From Antedon mediterranea (Eukaryota > Animalia > Echinodermata), in NCBI RefSeq assembly GCF_964355755.1, contig NC_092680.1, positions 12,090,001 through 12,154,000 on the forward strand: a stretch of DNA of 64,000 nt. The letters are read 5' to 3'. Both the position numbers and the translations under genes were made by a program. This document shows positions 39,624-52,900 of the stretch, one piece after another. Position 1 is the stretch's first letter. Each line of letters starts with the position of its first letter. The notes under the pieces are model-generated. The model was not told the origin of the DNA. It saw only the letters and a program-made list of their open reading frames with translations, and did no database searches.

Positions 39624-42600
39624 TTACCAGTCAATGAGTTCATGTTTTTCCAAGAAAGGACTCCATTTGTTTAAGTAAGTATGATGCTCCCCTTTAGTTT
39701 TCAAAATAAATTCTTCTTGTTTAACGTGTAACTTAATCTCATTCACGAATCGAGCAATATTAGGCTTAATTTTTCTCATTTTACAGCTATATATGTAGTG
39801 TCGACAAATTAGTAAAATAGTATTTAGGGCTTTAAATGATTTTTTTCTAACTCCAAAAAGGCACAATTCGGGGTTGATAATTACATTTATATTAAAATAT
39901 GATTTCAACCATTGTTTAATCTTTCTCCAAAATATTTTAATTTCACAGCATTGTGCAAAAATATGTATTAAGGTTTCTGTTTCTGCTTTACATAAAGCGT
40001 ATAAAGGCGAGTCAATTTTCCCAATTTTATACAAAAAGGAGTTATTACCTAAAATTCTATGCACAATTTTATATTGAAACCAGATTAGTGGTGTGGACAT
40101 AGTAAGTGAGAAAAACATGGTATTAATAATTTCCCACTCTTTATCAACATATAAAGTATCCAATGCCTTCTCCCACTTAATTTTAGCTTTCGATTGTTTT
40201 TTCTAGAGTTGATTAGAGTATTATAAATTATCTTTGATCCTTTTTTATTTTTTATTACTACGCTAAGGTTAAAAGGTAGTAGTGGGCTATTTATTTTTCC
40301 TTTTGGAAAAATTTGATATAAAGACGTACGTTGTCTGACCGCATGTATTAGGCCTTCATATTGAAGAAAGTTGATGTTAAGATTATGACGTTTACTAAGT
40401 TGTTTTAATGGAGTTATTCGATGTCTATCAACTAAATCATTTATAAAATTCACCCCATGATTACTCCAGTTTTTATAATAGATACTTTCTCCGCCGACTT
40501 TAATATTGTCATTCATCCAGAGTGTTTGTCTACATATCGATTCGGTGCTCATAGGAGTGTTGTGTTTCACAAATACGCACCACGCCTTTATTACATCCAG
40601 CCAAAATGCATTGTAAGGCTTAACCTTCGCTAATTTGATTAATTTCGATGATCCGCCTTCTATGAGCCAAGTTTTATGAATATTCAACACGAGTGGAACT
40701 AAAAGAGCCCATCCCGTCTCATTGGACGTTACTAACCGTCTAACCCACGTGATTTTTACCGATTGAATATATGCGTTTATATCGACCATTCGTAAGCCTC
40801 CAAATTTATTTTCTTGTATAAGTTGATCTCTGGATATTCTATCCACCCCTTTCCATATGAAACGATATAGTTCTGACTTAAGTGATTTTATTACATTTTC
40901 AGGGGGATCGGGTAATGTCGAAAGGATATAGGTAAGTTTGGACAGTAATAAAGACTTCACTACCGTGATTCTTCCCAAAACAGTTAAGTTTCTTTTTGAC
41001 CAATGTCTCATTGTATTTTTATTGATTTATATACGTCTTCATAGTTCAAATCTACCATTTTATTTAAATTTGTACTGAACCGAATACCCAATGATTCAAA
41101 GGGTTCTCCATGTTTGATCCATTTTATATTATAGTTTTCGCATATTGAGTCACCTCGGTCTTTAAACGAGCCAACCCAGACAGCATTTGTTTTGTTCACA
41201 TTCACTTTTAGCCCAGAAATTTTGGAAAATACGTCGAGAGTCTTAAATGCTTCGTGCATTGACTTCTCTTTACCGTCAAGAAACAATACAGTGTCGTCCG
41301 CATACTGAGATAATCGATACTCATGATTTGCAATTGATATTCCTTTAATTTGTTTATTTTCAGATATCATTGAGGATAAAATTTCTGCGCACAGAAGAAA
41401 CAGGTATGGACTCAACCCATCCCCTTGTCTACATCCTCTTTCGATTAAGAATGATTCGGAGAGAAAGACATTGACAAGAACTGAGGATCTTGCATCTTTA
41501 TATAGTACTTTCACCCATTTTTGAATGGATTGTCCGAAGTTAAAATGTTTAAGAACGCAGTTAAAAAATGTGTGAGAAATGCAGTCGAACGCTTTTTCAA
41601 AGTCTATCAGTAAAAGTAGACCAGGAATTTTCTTCTTTTCACAAATTTGAATAACATCATACATAAGTCTTGTATTTTCGCCTATATATCTCCCATTAAT
41701 AAATCCTTTCTGTTGTTCACTAATTAATATATCAAGGACCGATTTTATTCGTTCTGCAATGCATGACGAAACAAGTTTATAAGTGACACTTAACAGGGTA
41801 ATAGGTCTCCAGTTTTTTAGATAATCTCTGGGTTTATCCCCCTTAGGGAGTAAAGTAATTATTCCTGACTTTTGGGAAGTTGACAGTTGACCTGAGTTAT
41901 ACGACTCGTTAATAGCTCTCAAAAGATAGCAAACTAAATCCGAAAAAAAAAAAATTAAAAAACTCATAGCTAAAGCCGTCAATACCAGGTGACTTTCCAT
42001 TTTGTGACCTCTTAAGAGCCTCTAAAAGTTCATTATAAGTAATTGGCCCTTCAATTTTATTTTGTTGTTCTTTTGTTAATGTTGGTAATGTATTCATAGT
42101 TTTAAGAAGTTTTACAATATTTTTTTCATCATCTGTATTGTGGTTTGAGGAATAAAGGTTTTTATAAAAGTGTCTAGACTCAACAAGAATTTCATTTGTG
42201 TTTTGCAGAATACTATTGTTGCTTTCCTTTACTATTTTATTTATAGTTTTATCAACAAAATTTTTTTTTTCCATGTTAAGAAAAAATTTGGTGGGCCTTT
42301 CGCCTTCTTCGATCCATTTAAGTTTAGTTTTCATCATTATTCTTTCCATCTTCACTTTTCTGATACTCATAAGTTCGCCGGACTTAAGTTCTAGTGTATC
42401 GTTTAACGTGGCGTCGCCCTTATTGATATCAAGTGTTATTTTTTCTATTTCCCTTTCTAATTCTTTTTCTTTTTTATTTTCAATCTTTTTCTTATAAGCC
42501 CCGTAAGAAATTGTTTTTGCTCTAATTTCCATTAATATCATTTCTAAAAGAAGTTGATCACTGATGCTAAACAGCGCTTTATTAGCATCTTTATTATCGT

Positions 42601-43453
42601 TTTCGTTTTGCATTATATATTGTCTTAGGACTCTATTTATGGTTTCTTTAACTTGTTGCACGTATTGAATATCTTTTAATAAGGTATTGTCAAATTTCCA
42701 GTATCCTGGCCCGTGTTTTATCTGGTTCATCGTCATTTTAATATCTACAAGTGAGTGATCGGTTCGGTAACCTGATTTTATATTACAATCCAGCATTTTG
42801 CTGTTTAGTTCAGATGAGATTAGGAAATAATCAAGCCTGGCTTGTTTATTGAATTTATTCTGTCTCCAGGTAAACTTTTGTTCATCTTGGTTGTAAATAC
42901 GCCAAACATCTGTAAGATTAAATTCACTACAAATATTTATTATCTTTTCTCTTGCCTTTGGATTATTAAGTTTTAGATAATTTTTACAGTCTAATTTTTT
43001 GTCCAAAATACAGTTCCAGTCGCCGCAAACGATATTATGTGGGTTTTCATATTCTAAAAGAACTTCCCTCATGTTGTCGTAAAAACTGGGGGTGTCGTTG
43101 TTGGGCCCATAAATTGAGATTAGCGTAAATTTTAGATCATCAACCTTTACCTCCAAAGCTAACATATTTCCATCATTATCTTTTTTATGCTTTGTAACAG
43201 TGTAGGGAAAGTTATTATTGAAAAAGATTGCGACTCCCCTTGCATTACTACGATATGAACTAAAAAAACAATCAAGGCCCCACTCCAATCTAACAAGTGA
43301 CTCAGTTTCTGCCGAGAAGTGTACATCTTGGAGGCAGATAATATTGTATTTTTTTGACTTTAGATAGTGTAACACATCTTTGCGTTTTGATTTTTCTGCT
43401 AGACCTCGACAGTTCATTGAAACTATTGATAGCGTATTATTATTATTAGACAT
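39624..43453 (-). pseudogene. L1 ORF2 (APE endonuclease, RT, C-terminal CCHC) split by three frameshifts
   Basis: SMNCRGL, ICLQD, GDWN, RLDYF and TDH; NWRPITLL, LIDFEKAFD, GCRQGDGLSP and QYADD; C-terminal LYALC...ETLIHIFAQC. Confidence 0.95.
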
Positions 43454-44213
43454 TTTTGATTGTTATTTTTTTACTTATTTTGTTTATATATAACGGTAGA
43501 TAAAATAATAAAGCAAGGGTATATATGGTGTCATAATGGTTGTTTTGTGCAACAACCATAAACCATAGCAGTCCAAAGATTTTTTTAGCTTCGGTGAGTA
43601 ACGGACCGATTCTATTGCATTGTATTTTACCACGTTCGTAAAATTTGCATTTTATGTTAATTAAATTTTTATTACAGACGATTATAAGTTTACTTGATTG
43701 CTCTCCTATATTTTCTTTTATTTTAACAGTATTTTTTCTGAAGTTTTTAAGGGGCCCAACAATGTCTATACACCATGTTCCGGCCAAAATGAAAGAGTCG
43801 TAATTAGTATTAACTTCAAGTATCCAGTAATTTTTATTACTAATTATCAGTGGGCAACTACATTTTCCAAGATCATTAGGTGAAGTAAAATTTGTATGTA
43901 ATCGCAGTCCAAAATAGCCCTGTGCTGTGGCAATGCGTATTACTTTTGTATTCAGATTACCAATTGTTCGATCATACCTCGTGTTAAAATTAGCATATGT
44001 GTTCAGTTTTTTTTTGTTATAGAGTAAAAATAAAATAAAATAAAAAAAGAGAAACAAAGAAAACCCACCCAACAAAGGATAAAAAAACCCTGTATATCCT
44101 TCCCCCTTCCATACCCTCGAAACGTAAATTCTCTTCAAATATAATAATAGCCTAATTTTTTTTTTTAAGCAACGAAAAAAGTAGCGAAAAAAGATAAGTA
44201 TCAATACAATCAT
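43446..44213 (-). CDS. Hypothetical hydrophobic protein in the L1 inter-ORF region (255 aa from ATG 44213; frame open from TTG 44246)
   Basis: 266 codons without a stop in very AT-rich DNA, several hydrophobic stretches, and a stop overlapping the ORF2 start. No homology recognised. Confidence 0.5.
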   Translation of the reverse strand: MIVLILIFFRYFFRCLKKKIRLLLYLKRIYVSRVWKGEGYTGFFYPLLGGFSLFLFFYFILFLLYNKKKLNTYANFNTRYDRTIGNLNTKVIRIATAQGYFGLRLHTNFTSPNDLGKCSCPLIISNKNYWILEVNTNYDSFILAGTWCIDIVGPLKNFRKNTVKIKENIGEQSSKLIIVCNKNLINIKCKFYERGKIQCNRIGPLLTEAKKIFGLLWFMVVAQNNHYDTIYTLALLFYLPLYINKISKKITIKNV

Positions 44214-44321
44214 CACTGATATACCCCTAAACAGGCATACATACAATATCAGTACATTGTTGGATAAATTAATATATCATATAGCGACACAGAGTTATGT
44301 TTTTAAAGTTAAATTACAGCC

Positions 44322-45026
44322 TTATACAGACAGTCTCGAACTCCCGTCTTCTTCTACAATTCTTAATACAGCCGGGTAATTTAAGAAAACTTTTCTGCCG
44401 GATTTCTCCTCTAACAGTTTCTTACGTTTGGCCCACAACCGCTTCCTCTTTATTCTCAGATTTGGGGTAAAGTCATCCGTTATCCAAACCTTTTTTCCAG
44501 GAAAGGGACTGTTTTTCAAGTTTACAGCTCCCTTCATTACTTTAATTTTGTCGGTGAATTTATTGAAGGCAATATGTATTGGCCTCGGATACTTGGCTCG
44601 TTTACCACCTGTGGGCAGGAATGTCGGGGTACGGTGAGCTCGTTCTATGTCCATAGGCCTATTACTATCCACTTTCAGGTATGTTTTAAAGAATCCTAGA
44701 ATATAATCTGAACAGTTATTACCTTCCGACTGCTCTGGAATGCCAAAAATAACTATGTTGTTCCTCCGTTGCCTATTTTCCAGTTCATCTACCCGATTTT
44801 GTAGTACTTCCATATCCTGCGAGTCTGCCTTTTCATCTAAATTAGCCTGTAGTGATTCTTGGGATGCTTCCATATCCCTAACCTTCTGCCACATGTTTTT
44901 GAAGTCCTCTTCCAAAATGACAAGCCTTTCGTTAATGGAGTCGAGTATTTCCAGTTTCTTTAGTTTCCCTATAATTGTGTCCAACTTGTCTTCACTGTCC
45001 GCTTTTGATCTAGTTTTTGTTGCCAT
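44322..45026 (-). CDS. L1 ORF1p (coiled coil, RRM, CTD)
   Basis: Heptad-rich N-terminus, LENRQRRNNIVIFGIPE, IERAHR, PRPI, ITDDFT and YPAVLRI. Intact, 234 aa. Confidence 0.95.
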   Translation of the reverse strand: MATKTRSKADSEDKLDTIIGKLKKLEILDSINERLVILEEDFKNMWQKVRDMEASQESLQANLDEKADSQDMEVLQNRVDELENRQRRNNIVIFGIPEQSEGNNCSDYILGFFKTYLKVDSNRPMDIERAHRTPTFLPTGGKRAKYPRPIHIAFNKFTDKIKVMKGAVNLKNSPFPGKKVWITDDFTPNLRIKRKRLWAKRKKLLEEKSGRKVFLNYPAVLRIVEEDGSSRLSV

Positions 45027-46181
45027 ATTGTATTCGATTAGTTATCCTACAGTACAATTGTATCTTTAGTATGTTTAGCGTGCTCGGTAGCTATTGCATG
45101 CATGCCTCACCTGGGCGTGGAGGTTTAGGTATTCATATTACCCGCTGCTCAATTTACATGGAGTTAGCATCTTAGCGGAGCGAATCCAAAACGCGTCCGC
45201 TCTCCACGAAGTCACAATGACAAAATAAATGCAAAGTTGTCCAAACTATGATATTGATGGTTTTACAAGTAATCAAATTATTTGATTAGTAAAGTTATGT
45301 TATTTCATTATAATTTTGATTAATATAATTATAATACTGTATTTAATCAAATTAGACTTCGATCAGGATAGGAAGCGAATAGGAAGAGATAAGGGGTCAA
45401 AGTTTAAAATGGACCAATTATAAAAATGTATTATATACATATGTATTATAACCAGTTTATTAAAGTTAAATTTGGTCTTTTAATATATTTGTATGGTTAT
45501 AGGTATTGTATGGTGTTATTCAGTCGCCTTATAAAACAAATACTTTGCAATTAAAGGTCAAATGTCAATATTAACCAATCACACAATTTGCATTTAAAAC
45601 CAAAAAAAAACTAACATTTAAGACAAAATGTTATGTTTTATCATTCTGTTAAGACATCTATCAATCATACACAATCAAAAGAGCACATTTATCATTACAC
45701 AAGTTGACATGGGTCAAAGGTAAACATTTGAACAAATGATATACTAAATAATGGAAAGTTATTCAAACTATGAGATCGATGTTCATAAATGTAATCACGT
45801 TATTTGATCAGTGAAGTTATGGTATTTTTTATATTTTTTCTAGTGCGCATTATTTTAAAGGTATTAATAAAATACTGTAAAATAAATAATAAAATTAATA
45901 TTATGACGATTAAAATGTTATGATGTTAAAATGTTGCGCTGATTTTCAATGATTTGCCACTATACAGTTGCATTTATTAGGGCTACAATATTCGTCTTTG
46001 GAAAATAAACTACTATTCATCAGAACCAGAGAATACAAATTCGTACAGGATAGGGCATAGGCAGATCCAGGTGGCCGAACTCAATCGACAACTCACACTA
46101 CACAGACAGACCACAATTTTTATATAGTTTGGCCCATACAGGAAAGAGTTTCCTGTATACAAAGGATTCTAAAATAACCCA

Positions 46182-46938
46182 TGTGGATTTGCCCGAATGA
46201 ACCCTCTAAGGACCCTTTTGGGATCTATATGTGGTGTGCTACATAAGGCCCTGTATTAGAAATTAGTATGGGGTAAATAGTTCATAGATGACCTATGGAA
46301 TAAAACTAAATGTGCACCCTCAATCTTTAAATAACATTTATGGATTTGCCCAAATGAACCCAAGGGCCGATCCTTCATGGACCTTTCGGGGTTCTCTATG
46401 TGGGGCTACAAGAGACCCTATATTGGAAATAATGTATGTGGGGTGAAAATGTGGGTTCATAGAGATATAATAAATATCCCTGTGCACCCTCGATCATCCA
46501 TAAGGAATATTTTATGGATTTGCCCAAATTAACCCAAGGGCCGGTCGTTCTCCATGGATGGACATTAAGCCCCATAATGGCAATATAAGGGGTGACACTG
46601 TGAGTTCATATAGACAGGCGTGGCCCATGAATTAAGCTGCCTGTGCACTCTCGATCCTTAAGAAAAATTTATGGATTTGCTCAAATTAACCCAATGGCCA
46701 GTCCTCCATGGACATTAGGCCCCGTAATGGAAATATAATGAGTGACACTGTGGATTTATATAGACAGGCACATGGAATAAAGCTGCCTGTGCACTCTCGA
46801 TCCTTAAGGAACACTTATGGATTTGCCCAAATTAACCCAAGGGCCGGTCCTCCATGGATGGACATTAAGCCCCATAATGGAAATATAATGAGTGACACTG
46901 TGGGTTTATATAGACAGGCACATGGAATAAAGCTGCCT
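46182..46938 (+). repeat. Repeat D, copy 2 (longer array)
   Basis: GGATTTGC(C/T)C(A/G)AAT at ~46185, 46342, 46516, 46673 and 46819. Confidence 0.85.
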
Positions 46939-46956
46939 TCACAAAATCACAAAATG

Positions 46957-47788
46957 GAAAAAACTTGTTAACATAAAAACACCAACGTGCTTAGAATAGC
47001 TTCAAATCGCATTTGGAGTCGTTTTAGATCATTTTGTGCATTTCAATGAAACTTGGTTACACAAAACATCAAAGTGGTTAAAATCACATTAGAAACCGTT
47101 TTAGACCATTTTGAGCGTTTCAATAAAACTTTTCACACAAAAACATCAAAGAGCACAAAATAGCTTAATATCGTATTTAAACACGTTTAAGACCATTTTG
47201 TGATTTTCGAAAAAACCTGTTAACACAAAACATCAAAGTGTACAAAAAAGCTTAAAATCGCATTTGGAGACGTTTTAGACCATTTTGTGATTTTCGAAAA
47301 AACCTGTTAACACAAAAACACAAAAGTGCTTAGAATAGCTTCAAATCACATTTGGAGACGTTTCATACCCTTTTGTGCATTTCGATGAAACTTGGTTACA
47401 TAAAAACATCAAAGTGCTTAAAATCACATTTGAAACCGTTTTAGACCATTTTGAGAATTTCGATAAAACTTTTCACACAAAAACATCAAATTGCACAAAA
47501 TAGTTTAATATCGTATTTACAAACGTTTTAGACTATTTTGAGCATTTCGACAAAACTTTTTCACACAAAACATGAAAGTGTACAGAAAAGCTTCAAATCG
47601 CATTTGGAGACGTTTTAGACCATTTTGTGATTTTCGAAAAAACTTGTTAACATAAAAACACCAAAGTGCTCAGAATAGCTTCAAATCGCATTTGGAGACG
47701 TTTTAGACCATTTTTTGCATTTCGATGAAACTTGGTTACACAAAAACATCAAAGAGCTTAAAATCACAATAGAAACCGTTTTAGACCA
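46957..47788 (+). repeat. Satellite C array 2
   Basis: Same monomer and orientation as 33991-35227. Confidence 0.95.
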
Positions 47789-47791
47789 CAG

Positions 47792-49994
47792 CTTATAGAG
47801 CCATAGTAACTAGTTATGTCAAAAAATAGGTTTGAAATTTGGCCATTTTTGCGAAAATTTCCCTGCGGGGGATAGGAATTCTTTTCGAGAAATGACCAAA
47901 ATTTCCACTTTTTAAAATTCAATAATTATGCTATTATATTGGCATTTATTCAAATATATTGTGTTAGAATCATCTTTTAGAGCCATCGTAACTAGTTAGG
48001 TCGAAATTTGGCACTTTTTCGAAAATTTCGCTGCGGGGACCATAGGAATTTTTTTCGAAAAATTGCCAACATTTCCACTTTTTAAAATTCAAAAATTATG
48101 CTATAATATTGCCATTTATGCACATATATTGTACTAACATCATCTTATAGAGCCATAGTAACTAGTTATGTCAAAAAATAAAAGGGCCTAGATTTGGCCA
48201 TTTTTCGAAAATTTCCCTTCGGTGGACCATAAGATTTTTATTCGAAAAATGGGTAAAATTTACACTTTTTTAAATTCGAAAATTATGCTATACTATTGCC
48301 ATTAATGCAAATATATTGTGCTAACATCATCTTATACAGCCAGAGTAACTAGTTATGTCAAAAAATAAAAGGTTTGAAATTTTACCATTTTTGCGAAAAT
48401 TTCCCTGCTGGGGACCATAGGAATTTTTTTCGAAAAATGGCAAAAATTTCCACTTTTTAAAATTAAAAAATATGCTATTTAATATTGCAATTTATGCAAA
48501 TATATTGTGCTAACATCATCTTATAGAGCCATAGTAACTAGTTATGTCAAAAAATATAAGGGTCGAAATTTGCGGGGGACCACAGGATTTTTATTTTCGA
48601 AAAATGGCAAAAATTTCCACTTTTTAAAATTCGAAAATTATGCTATAATATTGCCATTTATGCAAATATATTGTGCTAACATTATTTTATAGAGCCATAG
48701 TAACTAGTTATGTCAAAAAATAAAACGTTTGAAATTTGGCCATTTTTGCGAAAATTTCCCTGCGGGGGACCATAGGAATTTTTTCGAAAAATGGCAAAAA
48801 TTTCCACTTTTTAAAATTCAATAATTATGCTATTATATTGGCATTTATGCAAATATATTGTGTTAGAATCATCTTATAGAGCCAGAGTAACTAGTTATGT
48901 CAAGAAATAAAAGGCTTGAAATTTTACCATTTTTGAGAAAATTTCCCTGCGGGGGACCATAGGAATTTTTTCGAAAAATGGCCAAAATTTCCACTTTTTA
49001 AAATTCAATAATTATGCTATTATATTGACATTTATGCAAAAATATTGTGTTAGCATCATCTTATAGAGCCATCGTAACTAGTTATGTCAAAAAATAAAAG
49101 GGTCGAAATTTGGCAAATTTTTCGAAAATTTCGCTGCGGGGGACCATAGGAATTTTTTCGTAAAATTGCCAAAATTTCCACTTTTTGAAATTAAAAAATT
49201 ATGCTATAATATTGCCATTTATGCACATATATTGTGCTAACATCATCTTATAGAGCCATAGTAACTAGTTATGTCAAAATAAAAAAGGGTCTAAATTTGG
49301 CCATTTTTTCGAAAATTTCCCTTCGGGGGGGGGGGGGACCATAAGATTTTTATTCGAAAAATGGCGAAAATTTACACTTTTTTAAATTCGAAAATTATGC
49401 TATAATATTGCCATTAATGCAAATATATTGTGCTCACATCATCTTATACAGCCAGAGTAACTAGTTATGTCAAAAAATAACAGATTTGAAATTTTACCAT
49501 TTTTGAGAAAATTTCCCTGCGGGGGACCATAGGAATTTTTTCGAAAAATGGCAAAAATTTCTACTTTTTAAAATTAAAAAAGTATGCTATATAATATTGC
49601 CATTTATGCAAATATATTGTGCTAACATCATCTTATAGAGCCATAGTAACTAGTTATGTCAAAAAATAAAAGGTTTGAAATTTGGCCATTTTTCCGAAAA
49701 TTTCATAGGAATTTTTTCGAAAAATGGCCAAAATTTCCACTTTTTAAAATTCAATAATTATGCTATTATATTGGCATTTATGCAAATATATTGTGTTAGC
49801 ATCATCTTATAGAGCCATCGTAACTAGTTTTTTCAAAAAATAAAAGGGTCGAAATTTGGCAAATTTTTCGAAAATTTCGCTGCGGGGGACCATAGGATTT
49901 TTTTTCGAAAAATGATCGAAATTTCCATTGTTTAAAATTAAAAAAGTATGCTATATAATATTGCCATTTATGCAAATATATTGTGCTAACATCA
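47792..49994 (-). repeat. Satellite A array 3, inverted orientation
   Basis: CATCATCTTATAGAGCCATAGTAACTAGTTA recurs about every 185 bp. Confidence 0.96.
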
Positions 49995-52900
49995 TATGCC
50001 GTTTGTTATTATGCAAATGAGTTTTTGCAGGTGTAGTGTGAAAGATGGTATTGTTAGTAATTCGCGGTCAACACGCCACACTGTTGAATTTTGATTTTGT
50101 TAATCAATGTTGCTACATTGGTAGCGAAATGTCCGATTCATGCAGGATATTGTATTGTAATATGTTATGAATAAACATTTATGGATGGTAGTTGGTGTGT
50201 ATGGCCGCACCGTCCCAGAATAAACATGTTTTAAACAGATAGTTTGTCTCCGATGATTTTTGTATTGGGTTAATGGAGAGTGAAATAGATCAAATATAGA
50301 ACATTTGCAAAGATGCCGATTTCCAGACCGATTTCGAAACTTAGACTAATTCCGCCGCCGGGCCGGGCATATACGAAGTCGAGTTTTTAAAGTAGAAAAC
50401 TCTACCTAAACTTTTGAATTCGCATCTGGATAGTTGAATTTTTAACAAATATCATAAATATCATAGGTGATTATGTATGGTAATAAGTATAAGTATAAGT
50501 GCAATTCTGGGCTCTATTTTCATTATTAGCTCTCTGGGCTAGTAGGCCTACTGGAGACCTAATATTTAATTTCATATTTCAATGAATAGGTGCACTTTGC
50601 GGGGACAAGCTCTATTGTCCTTGTTAGTCTTATATTTTGTTTCATATAATTTCAAATCATGTAAAGTACCAATTTCAGGCGGGAGTCTGTGCAACTCTAT
50701 TTTTTTTATTTTAAACAGTTTGGTATGCCTCGTGGTTGTTATGCAAATGAGCTTGTGCACGTGTATTATGGGGAAGATAATATGTTAATCATTCGCGGTC
50801 AACACGCCACACTGTTAAATTTTGAGGCTGTTAATATTTACATTAGAATATTGTTCAAATCATGTAAATAAAACATTTTCCGGGCGGGAACCCAGCAGCT
50901 CTCGGAAAGAACTCCAGGTGGAAAAGAAGCTCACCCATGAGTACTGAATACGAAGGAGCACATTGACTTCTTTTGGAGGCTTTATGGCAGTCTTTTTACA
51001 TGTATTTGATTTCAAAAACAATATTTATTTTCAATTAAAAAAAAATAATAATAAAAAAATAAAAATATCCGTAGAGGTTCGAACCCAATGCTGAGAGCAC
51101 ACAAACTTGAGCATTACCCGTTACGCCACAAACCAGTAGATGACTGAAGAGCTGATAATACTCTATTTATATGAAATGAATGATCAATCAATGAAAAATA
51201 ATGCCATGCAACTTTGTTTCTGATTTTAAAAAAGGTTCACTTGTTTAGGTTTGACAGTTGCAACCCTCAAAATATCTCACTTTCAAAAACAATATTTATT
51301 TTCAATAAAAAAAAAATAAAAAAAAATACCCGTATAGGTTCAAACCCACTGCTGAGAGCACTCAAACCTGAGCATTAACCGTTGCGCCACAAACCAGTAG
51401 ATGACTGAAGAGCTGATAATAGTCTATTTAAATGAAATGAATGATCAATCAATGAAAAATAATGCCATGCAACTTTTTTTCTGATTGAAAAAAATGTCCA
51501 CTTGTTTAGGCCTGACATTTAAAACCCTCAAAATATCTCACTTTCAAAAACCGTATTTATTTTCAATTTAAAAAAAAAAGAAAAAAATATCTATAGAGGT
51601 TCCACCCACTACTCAGAGCACTCAAACATGAGCATTACCCGTTACGACACAAACCAGTAGATGACTGAAGACTTGATAATAGTCTATTTATATGAAATGA
51701 ATGATCAATCAATGAAAAATAATGCCATGCAACTTTGTTTCTGATTTTAAAAAAGATCCATTTCTTTAGGCCTGCCATTTACAACCCTCAAAATATCTCA
51801 TTTTCAAAAAAAATATTTATTTTCAATAAGAAAAAAAAAAGCAATATCCCTAGAGGTTGGAACCCGCTACTGAGAGCAATCAAACCTGGGTAATACCTGT
51901 TACGCCACAAACCAGTAGATTACTGTAGTGCTGATAATATAAATTTAATGATCAATCAATAAAAAATAATGCCATGCAACTTTGTTTCTGATTTTAAAAA
52001 AGGTCCACTTCTTTAGGCCTGACATTTACAACCATCAAAATATCTCATTTTAAAAAAAATATTTATTTTAAATTAAAAAAAAAAGAAAAAAGAAATATGC
52101 CTAGAGGTTCGAACCCACTACTGAGAGCACTCAGACCTGAGTATTACCCGTTACACGACAAACAAGTAGATGCCTGAAGAGATCATATATTAGTCTATTT
52201 ATATGAAATGAATGATCAATCATTGTAAAATGATGTTATGCAACTTTGTTTCTGATTTTAAAAAAGGTCCACTTGGTTAGGCATGACATTTACAACCATA
52301 AAAATATCTCACTTTCAAAAAAAATATTTATTTTCAATTAAAAAAAAAGAAAAAAAATACCCGTAAATGTTCGAACCCACTGCTGAGAGCACTCAAACCT
52401 GAGCATTACCAGTTACGCCACAAACCAGTAGATGACTGAAGAGCTGATAATAGTCTATTTATATGAAATGAATGATCAATCAATGAAAAATAATGTTATG
52501 CAACTTTGTTTCTGATTTTAAAAAAGGTCCACTTGTTTAGGCCTGACATTTACAACTATAACAATATCTCACTTTCAAAAACAATATTTATTTTCAATTA
52601 AAAAAAAAAGAAAAAAGTACCCGTATAGGTTCGAACCCACTGCTGAGAGCACTCAAACCTGAGCATTACCCGTTACGCCACAAACCAGTAGATGACTGAA
52701 GAGCTGATAATAGTCTATTTATATGAATGGATGATCAATCAATGAAAAATATTGCTATGCAACTTCATTTCTGATTTTTCAAAAAGTCGACTTGGTTAGG
52801 CATGACATTTACAACCATAAAAATATCTCACTATCAAAAACCATATTTATTTTCAATTAAAAAAAAAGAAAAAATATTCCTAGAGATTAGAACCCACTAC

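Larger units (their letters stand above)
38914..45222 (-). mobile_element. Full-length L1-clade LINE (~6.3 kb)
   Basis: Poly(A) tail (T-run 38914-38941), TSD AAATAAATGCAAAGTT at 38898-38913 and 45223-45238, GC-richer 5' UTR, ORF1 and ORF2. Confidence 0.97.
38411..46710 (+). repeat. Spacer segment copy 2, split by the L1 insertion
   Basis: 38411-38913 and 45239-46710 are collinear with 4869-6860. Confidence 0.93.
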
